A stretch of 64,000 bases of DNA, taken from positions 15,130,001-15,194,000 of the forward strand of contig NC_045696.1 in the NCBI RefSeq assembly GCF_009834535.1, given 5' to 3'. The stretch comes from Camelus ferus (Eukaryota). This document shows, in pieces, positions 26,313 to 39,989 of this stretch. Positions within the stretch are counted from its first letter, which is position 1; each line of letters begins with the position of its first letter. Under the pieces are notes generated by a model. That model was not told where the DNA came from. It worked only from the letters and a program-made list of their open reading frames with translations, and made no database searches. The position numbers were made by a program, and so were the translations under genes.

Positions 26313-27484
26313 TTTCCAGGTGTTAGATGAGTTTAACTTTTTTTTTTCAAAGTAATAAATTGAATTTACCATATTTAGGAGTACTTTACATTTTCTTGGA
26401 GCATAACATAGATAATGGATGGCATGTAGTTTGTCACATATACTGGATTCCTAAAGAATCATGTCAAAGAAAAAAAACACCCAAATTCCATTAGGTTCAA
26501 GTGATGACAGCACCTCATTTTAGCTATTTTCTTTGGATCCAAAAATCTCTCAAGCATAAGCGTTGACATTTCATGGAGTAAAATATGCTATTTGAACAGA
26601 ATCTTAAGGAAATTATTTTCCCCTTAGGAAGAAATGGTAATGAATCAGTGAGAACAGAAGAGAAAGTCAAAATAGAAAAAAAAAAACTTATTCAGTGTTT
26701 TTTTTTTTAATAGGATGAGTAGGGTACTATTGATCTAGTGGAACAAGTTTAGTTTTTAGAACTTTTCAAAGAAGGGAATATTTTCCTTTTTTTTTTTTCC
26801 TGTAGAAAAATGTTTTAAGTATATATAAGGAGCTACTGAATATTTTTGGTTGTTATCAGAGATAAGTATTTGTTCATTCAAAGTGTAAACCAAAACCAGC
26901 TTTTGATTGTGTAGAAGGATATGTTTATTAACACTGTTTTGCTGACATTTTATATTTTTAAAAAGACTGAATGTGTGAATGAAATAGAAAGGAAGAGGAA
27001 GGAAAGTAGGAAGGTAGAAGAGGAAGAAAGAAGAAATAAAGGAAGAAGGAAGAAAAAATAAATAAAAAAATAGGCAGGGATCATAATTCATAACTCTAGT
27101 TTCAGTCCATAAGTTCCAAGGATAATCTAGGTTTTTGCTTTGACTCAGATTAATAAATGAACATATAATGGATGTATACTAAAAAAATTATAATTACCTA
27201 TACTATTGTCCACTGCTATTTAGTTACCTAAGGGTAACCCAAGTAAAACTCAAAAATCTAAATATAGTAGTACACCTTTTAAAGCAGAGGTGTGTAATTT
27301 TTTGTTTTATTTTTATTTTGAAAGTAGTATGTAAAGGCTCATTGAATATTTCAATTTTCTTTACAATGGATTTTTTTTGAGGTTATCTCTGTATCTATAT
27401 TTGTTGATAAAATATTGAAACACTGCATAGGTCAGGAGTCATCCACTTCAGAAATTTAGATACCAATACTATTGTAGCCTCAGT

Positions 27485-27628
27485 TTATTTTTTAAAAATT
27501 GAGGTATAATTGACATGTAACATAATGTTAGTTTCAGATGTACAAACTAATGATTCAATATTTGTATATATTGCAAAATAATCACCACAATAAGACTAGT
27601 TAACATTCATCTCCACACATAGATTTTC
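27485..27628 (-). mobile_element. Short L1 3' end
   Basis: ttgaggtataattgacatgtaac...aatcaccacaataagactagttaacatt; flanked by agcctcagtt and agcctcaatt (TSD). Confidence 0.8.
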
Positions 27629-29607
27629 AGCCTCAATTCTTCATAGATATTATTAAACTTCTAATTTTGATACAGAGGGGAAAATTCATGTTTCAGACAG
27701 GCCTATAAAGCAATTCCCCAAATAATTAGAGTTTGCAAGAAAATGAATGTATTTCTCTTTACATTTACCATTGTTAGTAGCTATGATAGCACGAATACAT
27801 GGTTTCCAATAATGCACTGCAGCGTTTAGTGACAGGCAAGGAAATTCCTAAAATAGTTTTTACCTAACATGACTTGAGGCATATATAACACCTTATATAT
27901 AAAGTGTTTGGGCCCAGGCCAAACAAATAAAATCAGAATAGGAGCACTGACAATTTTGTCTCAAAATCAGCTTAACTTGTACTTTTAGGACATTGTAGTA
28001 CTTTATACAGCTGACTGCTGGATTTGCTGTCTTTAGCAGAATTCTGCAAGGTTGGTAGTATTTCTTGTAAAGATTGATTCAAACAGATCAGGGAGGTGTC
28101 AGGATTGACAAATTCCTCCAGGGACATGTAAGCTATATCATGTGACATTATATTTACTTACAAATAAATGAAAAATAAAATGAGAATGAAAAGTGAGACT
28201 CTTCCATCCCCTTACAAATGTGATGAAACACAAATTTCTGAAGGTATAAAAGTATGTAAATTTGAGCAATTCTATTAAACTGGTAGGATTTATTTATTTT
28301 ATAAGAGGTAGCAGAAATATAAAACTAATCATGAGGAACAAGTAGTTTTAGCCAGACATGGCCCAATGAAGCATATTTCCATCAGTTACATTATCAGGGA
28401 AATAGCAAACTACAAAGTATTTCTCTAAAATTATTTTCAGCCTGTTCATTCTGATTGTCTACACAACTGGGCTTTTTCCCACTAGAATTACCCACATATA
28501 TCCCCTTAACTTTCTTCAGTCTTAGAATTAAATCATTACTCAAAACAATTCCAAAACCAAAATTGAGCCATGTAATTAAATTATTGTTATATTTAGGTAT
28601 ATTCAACTTTCATACATAGTCTGATATTCTGGATAACATCCTTCTGAAATAAAGTGATGTCACAGGATATACATGTTTTGGTAAATTTTTATCAAAATTC
28701 TACTTCCAATATTATACATTTCTTAGGAATATGCACATTCATGACATGATAACAATTCAAACAAAACTGTAAAAATGTGTCTATGAAACTTGTAGCACAG
28801 TTAACTTGTGTAAAGTTGATTTTTTCTCATCATTTAGCTCAATTTTTAACAATAAGAGTTAAAAAAATTAAAAATAAATTATTGCAAACCCTCGATCATA
28901 AAACAATTAGTCCACTCACTTAAAAATCTGTAGGCATTTTGGGACAATCAATGCATTTTTCCTGGACTTGGGAAACACTGTAGCTATCAGTTTTGAATAT
29001 CCATAAAATTTAGATAGCAAAGGAAAAGTTTAAATATATGATATAAAATATAACCAAGTGGGAGTCCTTGGTTTACTTTTAAGTGAAAAAGAAAATAAGG
29101 GAAGGGATGAGACCTCAGCTAAAAGATGAAAGAAATAAACATAGCCTGCTCATACCCCCCAAAACACACATGTACACACACATACAGAGGAGACAGAAAA
29201 ACATAGACATTGTTGAGCATGCATACCATATCTATGAACATATATATGCTATGTATTTTATTTTTTTATGAACCTTAATAAACTAGTTATTTTTAATGCC
29301 CATTATGAGAAAAGGAAATGAAAATCAGAAAGTTTAACTAATTTGCCCAAGATTATATAACTTCTAAACAAACTCGGGTATATCTGACTAAAAATGGTAT
29401 GATGTATCATTTGGTACTACATGAGTCTCTGATTGATATACCTACCTTCATAAAGTCTCTGAACATTTAAAAAAATTGTTTGACCTAGTACAGAGAGGGA
29501 TGTGCTTAATTCTACATGCATAATATTTTATCAGAAAATTACTATAATCTTTGACAATAGGATAAACCATTGTTTAATGAAAAATCAAAACAATGCTGAT
29601 AGCTCCA

Positions 29608-29715
29608 TTTTTCTTTGTTCTTTCTTTCTTTCTTTCTCTCTTTTCTTTCTTTCTCTCCTTTCCTTCCTTCCTTCTTTCCTTCCCTTTCTTTTATTCTTTT
29701 TTCTTTCATTTTTTT
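29608..29715. repeat. TTTC/TTCC low-complexity pyrimidine tract
   Basis: Read directly from the sequence. Confidence 0.9.
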
Positions 29716-31289
29716 AGGCTTTAAAATATAATATCCCAATAATGACTTCCCAGTGAATTTTTAATAAGTGAATACTAGTCTCCTTTTCTAACTTAAAAAA
29801 AAAAGTGAAATCTAATTGTGATTTTTTTTTTTCCAATTGATGTACACATACATTGGCCCCTATGAACTCTGAAACAAACTTAAATAAGGAAACCAATCTA
29901 GGTGTATTCTCTCTCCAAACCTGGAAATCTGGCCTGGGGAAATAGAGACACAGGGTAAGTGTCTCTGCTCTAGGGGTGGGGGAAAGAGGACAGATGTAGA
30001 AAAGTGAAGAGTCTGGTGCCATTTTGCTAGATGCTCTTCAGCTCTTCTAAACCATTGCAGTACATATTTTGAAGGGCTGCAGAAATTCAGTTCACATTTT
30101 GCTCTTCTTTGCTAAAAGAATCTGCTGATTGGTAAAAACTTAGCCCTTCCTCTGGCTTGCTGGAAAGAGATTTCTGGCTGGCTCAGTTGGTAGAACACAT
30201 GCCTATGATTTACATCTTGGCTAGGGCTATATCCAAGATGGCATTATGTCTAGCCTGGCAGTTTGATAGAATGTTCCATTATTGGCATAAGTCTGCTCTA
30301 CTGGCCACAAGTTGGGAGAAAAATACCTTGTCACAACTGGGACAAAGAACAAAGAAAAAATTTGCAGAAAAACAGAATATCGAAAGCAAAGAGAAACTCC
30401 ACATGAACCCAAGGCTCTCAAATCCAATATGGCCAAGATAAACTCTATTAGAAGAAGATGGGCAATCAGTAAAAGGATAGCACAAATCCTAGCAGTTGTG
30501 AACACGTGACTCTGCCAGGATTGAATTATTAGTTCAGGCTGCAAAAAGAGATTTAAATGGAGCAATGGTAGGAACATGGAATTAGTGAACTGGAATTGTT
30601 TGTTCAAAGAAATGGTTTGATTTTTGTTTGTTTGTATATTTGACAGTACAGATACTTAAATAAGAATCCAATACACATCTAGAATATGTATTACAACATG
30701 TTACGCTCTAGAACAGCGAGCAATGTTGTAAAATTAACGGAGGGAATGTTGTAAAATTAAACATTATTTCTCTTCTACCTGTCACAGCCTCCTATTACTT
30801 TTTTTTCATTAGTCTCTACAAATTATTTCAATTATAGTTAATTTCCAGGTAATCAAGTTTATCCTTTCAACTCAAAGACATATTTCATTTTAAAGGGTAG
30901 CAAGTTTAAAAGTACATTGCACATTGCATATCGTTCTTCATGATTTGGGATATTATAATGGACATAAATTACTGGTTTTTTTCCAGGCTATAGATATGAC
31001 ATTAGAGGTATTTGCTTTACAAAATAACTACAATCAACAGAGGTTTCTGAGATTTTTAGATCTAATTTTTGTTGCTTTTCCTAGTCTCCCTCTTTCTTCC
31101 AAACTTTCTCTTACACATTCGATATACCTCAATTTTTAGTCTCTTACTATGTTATTTTCTACTGTAAGAAATACTATCAGGATAGTGAGTAGGGGGAAAG
31201 TTGAAAGGCACTGAATGCCTAATAGCTCTCAAATAATAACATGGTTTTGATAACTAAAATTGCGAATTAAAGAAGGCTCTTGGCAAGCA

Positions 31290-31520
31290 CAGCATTTAAA
31301 GGTATACACTTTTGAGGTAGACAGCTCTAAGTTCAAGCCCCAACTCTATCATTTCTAGCCGTGTGGCTTTAGGCAGGTGATTAAGATTAAACATCCCAGG
31401 ATTTGCCTTACTTCCATATAAAACAGGGATAATGATAGTGTTCAACTTATGGGATTGGTGGGAGGTTTAAATAAAATAATGCACATAGAGCTCTGAGTAC
31501 AATATCTGACAGAATAAGGC
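31290..31520 (+). mobile_element. MIR SINE
   Basis: gttcaagccccaactctatcatttctagccgtgtggctttaggcaggtg...aaaacagggataatgatagt. Confidence 0.75.
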
Positions 31521-31939
31521 CCCTGAAATAATTCTAGTTATGGAAGTCATGGCATGTAGTGATGACATGCGATTTTTTAAATCCTCCTTTACATGAAGAT
31601 TTTATCTAAGTACAAGTATACTGGAGTCTGATTATTTTACTAACCATGGAAATCCATGCTGGGGAGACTGCTCTATAATTATTTTCCCATTTAGAATTTA
31701 AATAATTAAATCAAGATAAATGTACCTATGACACATTTACTTAATAGTCATATCCTAGCAGTTGTATAGCAATCTCTATCCTATTTCTTTTATTTTGAAG
31801 CTCTTTTACTTACTCCATATAAAAACAAATATTTTATATATATATATATATATATATAAATGTAGCATATTTAAATGTAAATAATTTAAACCAATGTATA
31901 AGATAACAATGATATAACTATGAAAATCTACCTATATTG

Positions 31940-32655
31940 TATTTATTTATTCAAGTAACATATGAAGATTGAGCACCTACATTGTACTGGGGTCTGAGAA
32001 TGCAAAAGAGGTAACAAATGGTGAACAAAGCTCCTTCATGGAGCTTATCATTTAGAAGAGAAAACAAAATCATAATTGAACAGATAATAAATAACCAGAC
32101 ACTACTTAAACTTTACAAAGAAAACAGTTAAAATAAAAGATTTCTTGTGAGGTGGAACCTAATGTAAATAGTGTAGTCGGAAAAAACTTTCCAGAAGAGG
32201 TGAAATTTAAGCTTACAGCTGAAGAATAAGGATTAGCAGAAGGCAAGCATAGGTAGGAGTGTTCTGGGCAGAGAGGATAGTCTGAGCAAGGGCCCCATGA
32301 TGAAAGAGAGCTTGGCAAGGATGAGGCCTGAAAGAAGGACTTTACAAAGAGGAGATAAATTGTGAAAGGAAGGCAAGAGCTCAGTCATACTGGTCTACAG
32401 AAAGGATCACCTTAGATTTTAAATCCAAGTGAATTGAAAAGGCATAGGGAGATTTTAGTATAGAAACTGACCTGATCTGATATTCAAGTTCTATTTGATG
32501 ATTCTGTCTGCTGAATGGACAACTGATTGCACAGGGTGTGGTTAGAGTTAAAATGCTGAGACTAGTTAGCAGTCTCTACTATTATCATCCAAGTAAGAGA
32601 GGAGAGTTGTTCAGGTTAGATTCGAAATATACTTTGAAGGTAGCATTTAGAGGAC
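31940..32655 (-). mobile_element. L2 LINE 3' region
   Basis: tttattcaag..attgagcacctac...ccttcatggagcttatcatttag...ggagtgttctgggcagaga...tgacctgatctgat. Confidence 0.8.
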
Positions 32656-32664
32656 ATAATTACA

Positions 32665-33200
32665 AATAATTGTGAAAATAAAAAGTGACCAGCAATACCA
32701 AATTGGCAAGCAATGTGGGTCATTGGGGGTTCACATATACTCCTGATACGAATGTAAACTGGCAACATCACTATTGAAACTAATTTGAAATCATCTTGCA
32801 AAATTATATAAATTCACACTTTTGATTTAGGAATCCTTTTCTTTGTTGTTCCCTTAAGAAACTCTTACATATGAGTTGGGAGAGATATAAACATTCTTAG
32901 CAATGTTTTATAATAGAAAAAATTAAATACCAGTCCAAAATTAGCAGTCCAAATTTCTATCAACAAAATAATTTTGTGACATATTTGTATAAGGAAAACT
33001 ATACAGAAGTGAAAAGTAAATGAAGCTAAGGAACATGCATTAACATGGATTGATTGCAAGATATAATATTGAGGTAAAAAATCAAATTAGAGAAAAATCA
33101 TAGAATCAGAAACCATTAATATAAAGAAGCAATTCTTCAAAGTGTTATCCAAGTATACAAAAAAACATTTTATGATAATATCAAGATGGAAGGGAGAGTC
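32665..33200 (+). mobile_element. Old L1M/L1ME fragment
   Basis: gaccagcaataccaaattggcaag...aatgtaaactggcaacatcactattgaaa. Confidence 0.65.
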
Positions 33201-33254
33201 AGAGAGATTCAGAATATAAAATGAACTAGACCCATGTTGCTAAGGGCCATTACC

Positions 33255-33582
33255 TGGGTAGCATGAGAAGGAATGATGGCAACCTTTAGAAGCAAGTCTG
33301 GTCCCCAGCTGACAGTCAGCAGTGAAGTGGGGAACCAGTCCCACAACCTCAGGAAATTGAATTTGGTCATCAACTTAAAGGAGCTCAGAAGCAGATCATT
33401 CCCCATAGCCTACAGTAAGGAATGCAGCCCTGCTGACAGCTTGATTTTGGTCTTAGAAGACCCCAAGCAGAAGGCCCAGTCAAGACCCTACCTGTATTTC
33501 TGGACTATATAATCTATAAGACAATTCATTTTTGTTGTTTTAACCTGCTTTGTTTGTGGTAACTTATAACTGTAATACTACA
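33255..33582 (+). mobile_element. MaLR LTR (MLT1D/E-like), 3' part
   Basis: ccccagctgacagtcagcag...cacaacctcaggaaattgaatttgg...ttgttgttttaacctgctttgtttgtggtaa. Confidence 0.75.
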
Positions 33583-34479
33583 TTATAAAAGTAACAGACT
33601 TACCTGTATTTAATTAATAATGTAATTCAGTCCTCTACAGGTTACTGATAAACTCCCTAAGTACGCGAGTATTCTCCTGAAGGTCTTCAATGATTTACAC
33701 TGAAACAATGTGATATTTAATGAGCGCTTTACCTAAAATTGGTGATTTAGGAGAATATTTACTCTGAAGAATTATCCCAGAGACAGACCAAAATTTCCAA
33801 GTTTTGCTTGATAGCAAAAACCAAAGCTAATTTTTCTCAGTTTCCAAGGTTCATTTTTGTAAAAGAGAAGGAAAACAAAGGTATGATACCTGGTACAAAA
33901 ATAAAAAAGTATTATGATACCAGATCCCATCCCCAAATGTCAGCCCTTAGGGTTACCAAAATCATGGTGGATGTGTAGCCATCGGGTACCCAAGGTGCTC
34001 ATCCAGAGATTCTCCAAGGATGCTGTAAAATGAGACTGTTACCCAAGTCTCCTTTTGTTGAAGGCTCTGATACTCCTTTTAAAATATATATTAATATGTG
34101 TATAATAAATTCCTCCAGTTTGAAATGCCACTGTTTACTCTGAAGATGAATACAGGATTGCCACAGCTAGCATATTTAGATTCATTTTACTCCGAAATAG
34201 TTTTCAGAAGGAGGTCAGGAATGAGGGGATTTGTTGCTTTGTTTAGTTTTGTGTTGTGTTTTCAGCGGGTGGAAAGTGTTGCTGGCTTCTATCGCACCAA
34301 CTCATCACCAAGACTTTGATTACTCTGCAACCAATTATGAGTAGTAATATTTATAATTATTCAGATGCAAAAACTGTTCAATTAATTAAATTTTCAGCAT
34401 TACATATTTGAGCATTGTTCTGAAGAAAAGTGAAAACATTGATTTACTTTAGATTAGTGAAGCCTGCTCAGATATCAGT

Positions 34480-35580
34480 AACCACTTAAAAACAAGAGAA
34501 AAACAGCTTTCATTTTCAAAAAAGACAGGAAAAGAGATAAATTAAAATAGGACGAATGAATAGAAATCCCAAAATATACAGGTAGGAATAAATAAAATTA
34601 TGTCATTAATTAAAATAAAGTAGAATAAACTCACCAGTTTATTGTCAGTGGAAAGGTTTACATTATTCAATAAATGGTGCTGGGACAGTTATTCATGCAA
34701 TAAATTAAATTGGATACATACCTTCAAGATACACACACAAATCTAATTCAAAACACATTAAACCTAAAAGTACATGTCAAAACTTTAAAACATCTTTACA
34801 AGAAAAACTTACACCTAGCAACCGATATTACTAAGGTAACAAAATACACTTGTATTTTCATATACCAGCAATAAACAATAATAAAAAAAATCTTTAAGAC
34901 ATTTAAAATAATGTGTAAAAGAATAGCCCTGTTATTTCAGAGAAGGAAAATGTTTATTGAACAAGATATAAATAGCTAAAACAAGCGAGATGAAGATAAA
35001 AATATTAGATGTTTAAAATGTTTTAAATGTTTAAAATATTAGCTCATGAAAACAGGCAATATGTAAGTTAAAATAAAAGGCAAACACTGGAAAAAATGTA
35101 TATGTAAACATAATATGCAAGAATTCTTACCCCAAATTTGTATCAATAAGATGAAAAATAAGCCATCAAAAAGAGAGTTAAAGGTTTTGTACAGGAAAGT
35201 TCTAGAAGAGGGAACTCAAATGGCTGCATATGTGTCTGTGTACTTCCTTGATAATGTGTACAACTTCATCATTAATCAGAGACGTAAATAAAGACCATCA
35301 TAGGAAGAAACCACTATATTAAACACAATTGGAAATGTGCATAATCTTTGGAATTCTACTCTCTCTACACAAACTCAAATCAAAATATAGGAACAAAAAT
35401 GCTTGTTGCAGCATTGATATAAAAACAAAATATCTATTACAAGATGAAGGAATAAGCACTCTGTGGAAGAGGGTATTGAGCCCATCAGTTGGTTCAATGT
35501 TTTCTTCCTTGAGCTGGGTACTGAGTGTAGGGGTGTTAACTAGATGTTCTTTATCCTTCTAGGATATTTATTATCATTTG
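34480..35580 (+). mobile_element. Degraded old L1 (L1M/L1ME)
   Basis: attattcaataaatggtgctgggaca; gaagagggaactcaaatggc; A-rich strand bias. Confidence 0.6.
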
Positions 35581-35624
35581 AAGAATAAAAACAGATTATT
35601 CATATATGATAAAGAGGAACAGAA

Positions 35625-35830
35625 GTTTTAAATTTGAATCCCTGGCCTCTGTTTATCACTTAGACGAACTTGGGAAAAATCACCTACCTTCTGGATGCTT
35701 ATCTTTTCCTCCTGGTGAACTCTGATAACCCTCACACCTGTTCTACCTGTTCACAGAATTTTCAACAAGATCAATGAAATAATGCATGTAAAATACTCTG
35801 TAAGTTAAAAAAATCGAACAAATATTAGTT
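35625..35830 (+). mobile_element. MIR SINE
   Basis: tttgaatccctggcctctg...cttgggaaaaatcacctaccttctg...aatgaaataatgcatgtaaaa. Confidence 0.65.
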
Positions 35831-36659
35831 TTCTAATAATCATATACTTTCTATTATAGTTGCAATAAAAATAATTATGATTATAACTTGAACAAATAAT
35901 TTACACTGTCTGGTATCTTTGACAATGAGAGTTTGAACTAGAAGAGTTTTAAGGAGCCTCCACGCCTAGCATTCTAAATTGATTTATGGCTAGAATTAAA
36001 TATTGAGAAATAAGGGTGACATTTATTACTTTGGGCCCTGCAGCAATAGTGACAATCATAATAGTTCTGAGTTATGGTGAAAGTTGAAACAAGTAAAAGT
36101 AACCTATCTAATACTAGGTTGGGCTAAAAGAATTTATTTCAATAGCTATTGTTATGAGTTTAAATCACTTCATGCTGAGAAATGAATCAAGAAAGCTTGG
36201 AATGAATTGGCCAAGTGCCTCTAAGTGAGTATGAGAGAAGGTATTTAAAGATAATACTAAATGAAGTATAAGAAGATGAACAAATTTTAACAGAACTGCT
36301 TATTTAGTGATGCCAGAACTTCTGGGAATATTAAAACATTGGGTGAGACAATATTCTTTATCCAGCTGTTAATAACTGGAAAATTAACTAGATTTTCCAC
36401 CATGGTCAGAAATGGAGAATAATCAGTACCGAGAACAAACCTTTTGACCTATTCACAAGAAAAAAATGTTCACCTTCAAATGAGTTTTGGAGCCTAATTA
36501 TGAAACCCAATGGAAATGTGATATCTCTGAGCAGTCCATCAAAGCTACTCTGTAAAAAGCCCTGCTTTACCAAATTTGTTCAAAGATGACCAACTCTGGT
36601 TCTATTCACCCATATATGATAATATTGAAATAAAACACAACAAACAAGGAATCTTAGAC

Positions 36660-36875
36660 AAAGTGCTTCAAAGTAAGGACTCTGGAGGAAGCTTGTCTTG
36701 GTTCAAATCCTTTCTCTACAACTTCCTGGCTATGTGACTTCCATTACACCGTCTGTAAAATGTCAGTAATAATAACAAAATTCTCATACAACTTTTCACA
36801 GAATTGGATGAGTGAATGAATGTAACGTACTTAGCACAGAGTACCTCTCCTCCGCTCAGAAATGCTTAGCTACTA
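36660..36875 (+). mobile_element. MIR SINE
   Basis: ggactctggag...ggttcaaatcc...ctggctatgtgactt...tctgtaaaatg...cttagcacag. Confidence 0.75.
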
Positions 36876-38479
36876 CAATCATGTGTTGGGGGAAACGTAT
36901 GTGGGTATCTGAGAATTCTGTTATTCATAACCCTAAAAAGTCAGAATTTTCTATTTTCCATTTACATATCCTAAATTTGCCTTCTGAGGACTTTGAATCA
37001 CAAAAGATTATTGGTGATAAAATTTGACAAATTTATTCGGTAGCTGTCTCTGTGGCCTAAAATCACAGTAACTTTGTCTTAGAATATTTTATTACAGTTC
37101 GTAAGTGACCTATTCTTTATTTTTACTTCTATGTTCTTATATCCAATCATATTTTCCAGAACTTTCCCTATGATCTGGTTTGAATTATTATTTTTTTCTT
37201 TAGATGCACAAGATTTTCTCTTTCTTGAAACTTTTGTTTCTTCTCCTAATTGCAAAGTTCTTTAGCTAATTTCTCAGTGCTTGTGCCATTATTTTAAAAG
37301 CATCATTTATTAGTAATGTTTATGTTCACAAATAAATTATGTTTTCCCTATTAAGTTGTTAATGAAAATGAAACACTGAGACACTGTGAGAGATGCCAAA
37401 TGTAATGTTATCCAACCACACCCAACCAAATTCCCCGAATTTTTGTTTATCATCATCATATGATTTCAGAGTCAGAGGCTTTAAAACTCTAAGGGACCAT
37501 AGCAGTCATTTACTGCAACCTTCTCATTTTTTCATCAGAATTTCAAAGCCTGCATTAGTTACATAAATTACTAAGTGAACTGGGATTATATACCAAATCC
37601 ACTGAACCCTGAATCATCTCTGATAAAAGACACCAGTAATTTAATCACAGAGTGAAATGCCATAAGATATGGCAAGTAATTTATTCAGTAGGAAACAGTT
37701 CATTTAATACAGATCATATACTACATTATTCTCTAGGTTTAATATTTCTGATGTTCTGGTAATGTGTTAGTTTACAAATCAGGTTGAATTTTTGAACTGA
37801 TAAACACGCAGACAAAATCAGCAGCTTCACTTGTTTGTCAAATGCAGCTGAGAGATGTTTTAGAGGCATGTTTTCTGGAGGAGGAAAATAAGAAAGGAAA
37901 AATTCCAAAGGGAGAAAATGTTCTGAAGTCCTAATAATGAAGCATCTTACTGCTGACATAAATTTTCCTTTATGTCATCATGAAGGATCATGAAGGCATC
38001 AATACCAGAGTCCAAGATTTTAATCTCTCCTTTTCCATGTTAATCATTCATTGATATAGCATTTGAAATATCATTTATTTTTCAAAGAAAAATCTTCCAA
38101 TACCAGATTATTTGAAAGCCTATGAATCATGACAATTAATGTAATGAGAGTTTCTAGCTATGTTTTTAATTCAACATTCTTCATATTTCTCAAGTTAGAT
38201 AATTTTATTAAAAAATCCAATATGATCTTAAATATTTATTTTATCTAGTCAAAATTTTTGACTTATGTGTTGTACGTGTTTATATTTAAATTTTTTAAAT
38301 TATATTAAAAACTTTACTTGCAAGTAACTTTAGACTTTAGACCAGAATTTTTATGCAGCACCAAGTAAAACTCTGATCCGAAAACTGTATGCAACTTATT
38401 TATTAGACTTGACATGTATAAGTCACAAACAAGATGTAAATAATCATTTCTATCAGAAATCTTTGTCTTGGGTCTAAGG

Positions 38480-39020
38480 TCTTTGGCTGTACTTTAACTT
38501 TTTGTTCACATTTTACTGCAGGAAAAGAAAAATTCTGATCATCGTGATATGCTCTGAGCATAATACCAATATTCCTGTAGAAATTGGGCATGTTGGTCAT
38601 GTAGGTCCATATTTGAGAACTTGTCAAGTTGGAACATGGTTTCTGTATTTCCATGACCTTTGAGGAATAAGCAGTCCCTCTCCCTACCTATTTTCATCTT
38701 TGACATCACCATGAAGATAGTTTTCTTAATAGAAAATGTCTAGGAGATCTTCAGGTGAACCTTATGTCAGATTCTAGTCCCACTCAATGTGCCCTCCAGC
38801 TGAAGGTGACTTGACTTAACCTCTTTTCTTTCCAGATTTCTTTGGTTACTCTGGATTCCATAACTTTTACCTTGTCTGCTTGGCTTGACAACTTCTTATC
38901 TATTGTCACTTCTTTTATTACTATAATTCTCTGGCTTTCCTGGTTTCGATAACTTGAAGGCGATGTCCACTGTGCCTTTGTACCTCTTGCAATGATGAGA
39001 ATGACAATCACCTTAGTTTC
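38480..39020 (-). mobile_element. Possible ancient RTE-clade LINE (L4/RTE-X-like) C-terminal remnant
   Basis: Frame-hopping translation gives ESRVTKE, W-GHI, KKTI/LHGDVK, QRSW, WT and RAYHD in the order of the RTE ORF C-terminal motifs. Confidence 0.4.
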
Positions 39021-39629
39021 TATTTTATTTTAAGTACAGAGTTCACATTTTGCTAGACAAGCAAGCAGGAAGGACCCCTCACTTAGAAATAAAATAAATT
39101 GAGCTGGATATATGTATTATAAGTTAATAGGAAGACTATTTGTTCAAATTCTTACAAGACAATAGTGTGACCATAACATGAGTGTCACTCTTTCTTACTT
39201 TTACTGGGAATTCATTTACCCAACAGGCAAATGTAATGAATCTGGTTTGAACTTGGAACATGGCTATGCTTGAGCTAAAGGAAAACAAGACCATACTAGA
39301 TCCTAGTCACATTCTACAATATAGACCTGGATAACAGGTCAACAGGGGTGCTGTGTTTTTACGGATGAGTCTGAGGAGCTTGATTAAGAAAAATAAATAA
39401 ATAACAGTGCAAAATTATTTTTAAAAAACATTTACTTTGCTGACTAAGGAATTTTTTTTAAGTTACAATAGAATTATTTTTCAAATTCTTATGAAGCTTC
39501 CTTAAATGTTAATCTCACATATACTTTTGAACTGCACTTAAACTGTACTAGCAGACATGAACAGATCCAGTGCTCCTACCAGATTAGCTCAGAAGTCTCA
39601 TGGACCTGAAAGGGACGTGTTTTCCTCTG

Positions 39630-39835
39630 AAAGGTGGTGTGGTGTAAAGGGAAATGCCGAGTTTGGTTGGAAATTAGACATTCCTGGGTTCCCAATTTGT
39701 GTCTGTCGCTTACTGGCTGTGTAGTCTTGGGCATGTGGCATAAGTCATGACATTTCAGCTACAAAATGAGGGCAATAATACCTACTTTTCAGAGCTGGTG
39801 TGAAATCGAAAGAGGAAAGAAAGGTGTGCAATACA
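39630..39835 (+). mobile_element. MIR SINE
   Basis: cctgggttccc...cttactggctgtgtagtcttgggca...ctacaaaatgagggcaataatacctac. Confidence 0.75.
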
Positions 39836-39989
39836 TAACAGAACTAAAAAAAAGGGTTATATTTTTGTGATTATACCCCTGCAGTTGAAAAACATGAGGT
39901 ATAAAAATACTGTGGTAGCTACTGAAGATGTGCAACGATGTAACAACGTAGCAGGCACAACTGATAAGTCTTAGCGTGAAAGACAAGAT

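Noticed and set aside
29944..29966. Hairpin agagacac-N7-gtgtctct
   Set aside because: An 8-bp stem is expected by chance in 64 kb and is too short for a pre-miRNA.
30165..30210. tRNA A-box-like ggctcagttggtagaac
   Set aside because: No B-box or cloverleaf follows; the context resembles a degraded MaLR LTR.
34241..34345. Strong plus-strand splice acceptor tttgtgttgtgttttcag
   Set aside because: No convincing donor or recognisable peptide downstream.
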